Assembly: GCA_963766755.1 (NCBI GenBank)
Contig: CAVYBI010000007.1
Location: 386,992-450,991, forward strand
Direction: 5' to 3'
Length of the DNA: 64,000 nucleotides
Source of the DNA: an uncultured Solirubrobacterales bacterium
GTDB lineage: Bacteria > Actinomycetota > Thermoleophilia > Solirubrobacterales > 70-9
Shown here one piece after another: positions 61,276-64,000 of this stretch (positions are counted from its first letter, which is position 1; every line of letters starts with the position of its first letter). Both the position numbers and the translations under genes were made by a program. The notes beneath the pieces are model-generated. The model did no database searches. It was not told the origin of the DNA and worked only from the letters and a program-made list of their open reading frames with translations.

Positions 61276-62882
61276 CCGCCGAAGCGGTTCGTTATCGGCA
61301 GGCGGCGGTCCTTGCCGAAGGCGCGGGGGGTGATGCGGATTCCGGGCGCCGCCTGGCGGCGCTTGTACTCCGAGTGGTCGACGAGGCGGATCACGTCGTC
61401 GACGGTCGCCGCCGGCATGCCCGCCGCGATCATCTCCTCGCGGCCCTGGTCGCGCTCGACGTAGGCCTCGAGGATGCGGTCGAGCAGGTCGTAGGGAGGG
61501 AGGGAGTCGCTGTCGAGCTGGTCGGGCCGCAGCTCGGCCGAGGGCGCCCGCTCGATCACCGCGGCCGGCACCAGCTCCCGGCCGGCCCGCTCGTTGCCGC
61601 GGCGGGTGAGCTCGTAGACCAGCGTCTTCGGCACGTCCTTGATCACCGCGAAGCCACCCGCCATGTCGCCGTAGAGGGTGGCGTAGCCGACCGACATCTC
61701 GCTCTTGTTGCCGGTGGTCAGGACCAGCCAGCCGTGGCGGTTGGAGAGCGCCATCATCAGGTTGCCGCGGATCCGCGCCTGGATGTTCTCCGCCGCCAGG
61801 TCGGGCTCGGAGGGACCGGCCAGCGCCCGCTGGTAGCCGTCCATCATCGGCTCGATCGGGATCTCGATCAGCTCGCAGCCGAGGTTGGCGGCGATAGTTC
61901 GGGCATCGGCCTGGGTTTCGGAGCTGGAATGGGGCGACGGCATGACCACGCAGCTGAGCCGATCGGGCCCGACCGCGTCAGCGGCCAGCATCGCGACCAG
62001 GGCCGAGTCGATGCCGCCGGAGAGGGCGACGCCGACGTGGCCGAAACCGTTCTTGGCGACGTAGTCCCGCAGCCCCAGCACCAGGGCCTCGTATACCTCG
62101 TCGGAATCCGCCAGTGGCTGCGCGAGCGGGCCGGGATCGGAGGCGGGGACCTCGCAGACCAGCAGCTCCTCTTCGAACTGGGCGGCGCGAGCGATCAGCT
62201 CGCCGCCGGGGCCGGTGACCAGGCTCTGGCCGTCGAAGACCAGCTCGTCCTGGCCGCCGACCAGGTTGCAGAAGGCGAAGTAGGTCCCGTAGGCGCGCGA
62301 GCGCTCGGCGAACATCTCCACCCGCTCGCGGCCCTTGCCACGGTGGTAGGGCGAGCCCGACGGGTTGGCGATCAGCTGCGCCCCCTGTTCGGCCTCGGTC
62401 TGGGCCGGCGGGCCAGGCACCCAGCAGTCCTCGCAGATCGTCAACCCGATCTGCCGCCCGCCAGCCTCGATCGTCATCGGCTCGGTGCCGGGGACGAAGT
62501 AGCGCTGCTCGTCGAAGACCGAGTAGTTGGGCAATCTGTTCTTGCGGTAGACGCCGCGCACCGCGCCGCCGGCCAGCACCGCGAGCGAGTTGTGGGCGCG
62601 GTGGGAGTCGCCGGCGCCGGCAGCCGGCTCGGCGAAGCCGACCAGCACGGTCATCTCCTCACCGACCTCGCGCGCCAGCTCCTCGACCGCCCTGCGGTTG
62701 GCCTCGACGAAGTGGCGCTTCAGGTAGAGGTCCTCGGCCGGGTAGCCGGGCACGCACAGCTCCGGAAAGATCGTCAGCTCCGCACCCGCGGCGCCGGCGC
62801 GGCCGATCCACTCGGCGATCTTGGCGGCGTTGCCGTCGATGTCGCCGACGGTCGGGTTGATCTGGGCGAGCGCTACACGCAT
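61272..62882 (-). CDS. nadE: glutamine-dependent NAD+ synthetase
   Basis: ATG 62882: MRVALAQINPTVGD.. (CN-hydrolase domain, ..FPEL.., ..LTICEDCW..) plus the synthetase domain ..VALSGGIDSAL... The upstream part of listed ORF 61272..63932 is antisense of the next gene. Confidence 0.93.
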   Translation of the reverse strand: MRVALAQINPTVGDIDGNAAKIAEWIGRAGAAGAELTIFPELCVPGYPAEDLYLKRHFVEANRRAVEELAREVGEEMTVLVGFAEPAAGAGDSHRAHNSLAVLAGGAVRGVYRKNRLPNYSVFDEQRYFVPGTEPMTIEAGGRQIGLTICEDCWVPGPPAQTEAEQGAQLIANPSGSPYHRGKGRERVEMFAERSRAYGTYFAFCNLVGGQDELVFDGQSLVTGPGGELIARAAQFEEELLVCEVPASDPGPLAQPLADSDEVYEALVLGLRDYVAKNGFGHVGVALSGGIDSALVAMLAADAVGPDRLSCVVMPSPHSSSETQADARTIAANLGCELIEIPIEPMMDGYQRALAGPSEPDLAAENIQARIRGNLMMALSNRHGWLVLTTGNKSEMSVGYATLYGDMAGGFAVIKDVPKTLVYELTRRGNERAGRELVPAAVIERAPSAELRPDQLDSDSLPPYDLLDRILEAYVERDQGREEMIAAGMPAATVDDVIRLVDHSEYKRRQAAPGIRITPRAFGKDRRLPITNRFGG

Positions 62883-62963
62883 GCTTTGTGCCTGACGATC
62901 ACCGAGCAAGTATCGCCGCCGCAGGCGGCGGAGCGGGCCGAGCCGCTCGCTAGGCTGGGGCCG

Positions 62964-64000
62964 ATGCGGGACCGCCGTCGCCACCTGGTCGGTTTCTCGG
63001 TGGCTGCGCTCCTGTGCCTTGCCGCCGTGCCCGTCCCTGCCCTGGCGTCCGTCGGGCTCGCGGATGGCGTTCCCAGCCTCGCTTCGCCGAGTCAGAAGCC
63101 GTTCGTGGCGCCGAAGCCGCGGCCGACCGAAGCACGCCTGCGGCCGACCGACGACCCCGACCCCAACCGCAACGCCTACGCGGTCCCGCAGGCACCGAAA
63201 TCGCCCCAGTGCGGCCGCCATTTCTGCGTCCACTGGGTGGCCGAGGGAATCGACGCCCCCAGCCTTGCCGACACCAACGCCGACGGCGTCCCCAACTTCG
63301 TCGAGCAGGTGCTGAGGATCGCCGAACACGTGCACGAGGTCGAGAACGACAAGCTCGGCTGGCGCGAGCCGAAGAGCGACGGGCACCGGGGCGGCGGCAA
63401 CGGCAAGACCGACGTCTACCTCTCCCAGATCGGCGGCGAACTGTTCGGTTACGCCGCTCCCGACCGGGGCCAGGCGGACAAGCGGCACAGGATTCCCCGC
63501 CGCCTGCACGGCTACCTGGTCCTCGACAACGACTACAGCGCCTTCGAGTTCCCGGGGACGAAGCCGGCCGACGACCTCAAGGTGACGCTGGCCCACGAGT
63601 ACAACCACATCCTCCAGTTCGGCTACGACGCCTTTCAGGACCCGTGGTTCGCCGAGTCCAGCGCGACCTGGATGGAGGACATGGTCTACAACGGCACCGA
63701 CGACTACCTGCGCTACGTGCGCCGCTGGGTAAGACGCTGGGACACGCCGCTGACGACCAGCTCGATCAAGGAGTACGGCTCGGCGGTCTGGAATCAGTGG
63801 CTGGCGCGCCACTACGGGTCCGAGATCGTCCGCCAGGCCTGGGCCCGGGCGATCCACGTTCGGCCCGGGGGCTTCTCCGTCAATGCCTACGAATCGGCGA
63901 TCCACGCCGCCGGGCGCTCCGACCTCGGCCATGACTTCGCCCGCTTCGCCGTCGCCGTCGCCGAGTGGCGCACCGGCGAGGGCTTCCGCGAGAGCGGTCG
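62964..64000 (+). CDS. secreted putative zinc metalloprotease (HExxH), 3' end outside the window
   Basis: Not in the ORF track because no stop falls in the window. ATG 62964: MRDRRRHLVGFSVAALLCLAAVPVPALA.. signal peptide. ..TLAHEYNHILQFGYD.. High C-ending codon bias, open to the window edge. The listed ORF 63014..63934 is a wrong frame. Confidence 0.75.
   Translation, partial: MRDRRRHLVGFSVAALLCLAAVPVPALASVGLADGVPSLASPSQKPFVAPKPRPTEARLRPTDDPDPNRNAYAVPQAPKSPQCGRHFCVHWVAEGIDAPSLADTNADGVPNFVEQVLRIAEHVHEVENDKLGWREPKSDGHRGGGNGKTDVYLSQIGGELFGYAAPDRGQADKRHRIPRRLHGYLVLDNDYSAFEFPGTKPADDLKVTLAHEYNHILQFGYDAFQDPWFAESSATWMEDMVYNGTDDYLRYVRRWVRRWDTPLTTSSIKEYGSAVWNQWLARHYGSEIVRQAWARAIHVRPGGFSVNAYESAIHAAGRSDLGHDFARFAVAVAEWRTGEGFRESG

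Noticed and set aside
63014-63934. 306-aa ORF on the plus strand (MPCRRARPCPGVRRARG..).
   Set aside because: Wrong frame. The frame starting at ATG 62964 gives a signal peptide and an HEYNH metalloprotease motif with proper codon bias, and stays open to the window end.

Overview
Very GC-rich (by eye about 70% G+C) actinobacterial-type chromosome segment, almost entirely housekeeping genes.

Gene order, left to right:
- Left flank: acyl-CoA ligase 3' end, ilvC, a cupin/DUF4389 pair, serC-serA, an MDR oxidoreductase, a small secreted RTX-repeat protein and an MFS exporter.
- Branched-chain amino-acid block: Leu-run leader ORF, leuA, an apparently inserted DUF559 gene, an XRE-cupin regulator, leuC, leuD, a Tam-like methyltransferase, leuB, an oppositely oriented decapeptide-repeat protein, ilvE and cimA.
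- Then a DegT-type aminotransferase, argH, mpg, ponA and tyrS.
- One complete rRNA operon (16S-23S-5S, no tRNA in the spacer, strong terminator).
- An alpha/beta hydrolase, then murA-hisZ-hisG-hisD-hisB-hisH-hisA-hisF and a PolyA_pol-family nucleotidyltransferase.
- The division-associated run pgeF-yggS-sepF-(MITE-like element)-proC-yggT-lspA-rluD.
- rpsB-tsf-pyrH-frr-uppS-cdsA-dxr-rseP-ispG-proS-pgsA.
- Right flank: an RsiG-like/FHA/MerR trio, an SRPBCC protein, an FAD-linked oxidase, a membrane HTH protein, a PaaI thioesterase, nadE and the 5' part of a secreted HExxH protease.

I recognised no CRISPR array, tRNA, transposase, prophage, defence island or secondary-metabolite cluster, so I cannot point to a clearly novel multi-gene system.

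Best leads:
1. A leucine leader ORF whose Leu codons are complementary to the leuA ribosome-binding site.
2. Three kinds of small structured repeats: twin covarying hairpins at 1.6-1.96 kb, a 49-nt nested palindrome present twice, and a 159-bp MITE-like element.
3. leuA running without a stop into a DUF559 gene.
4. A Tam-like methyltransferase embedded in leuCD-leuB.
5. A small RsiG-like protein with a c-di-GMP-type motif behind a near-consensus promoter.

Major caveat: about 45-50 single-base frame disruptions hit essential genes between 12.9 and 26.2 kb, and a handful more lie between 46.5 and 59.4 kb, while the rest of the window reads cleanly. This looks like indel error in the sequence rather than biology. 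Affected genes are listed as pseudogenes as given.
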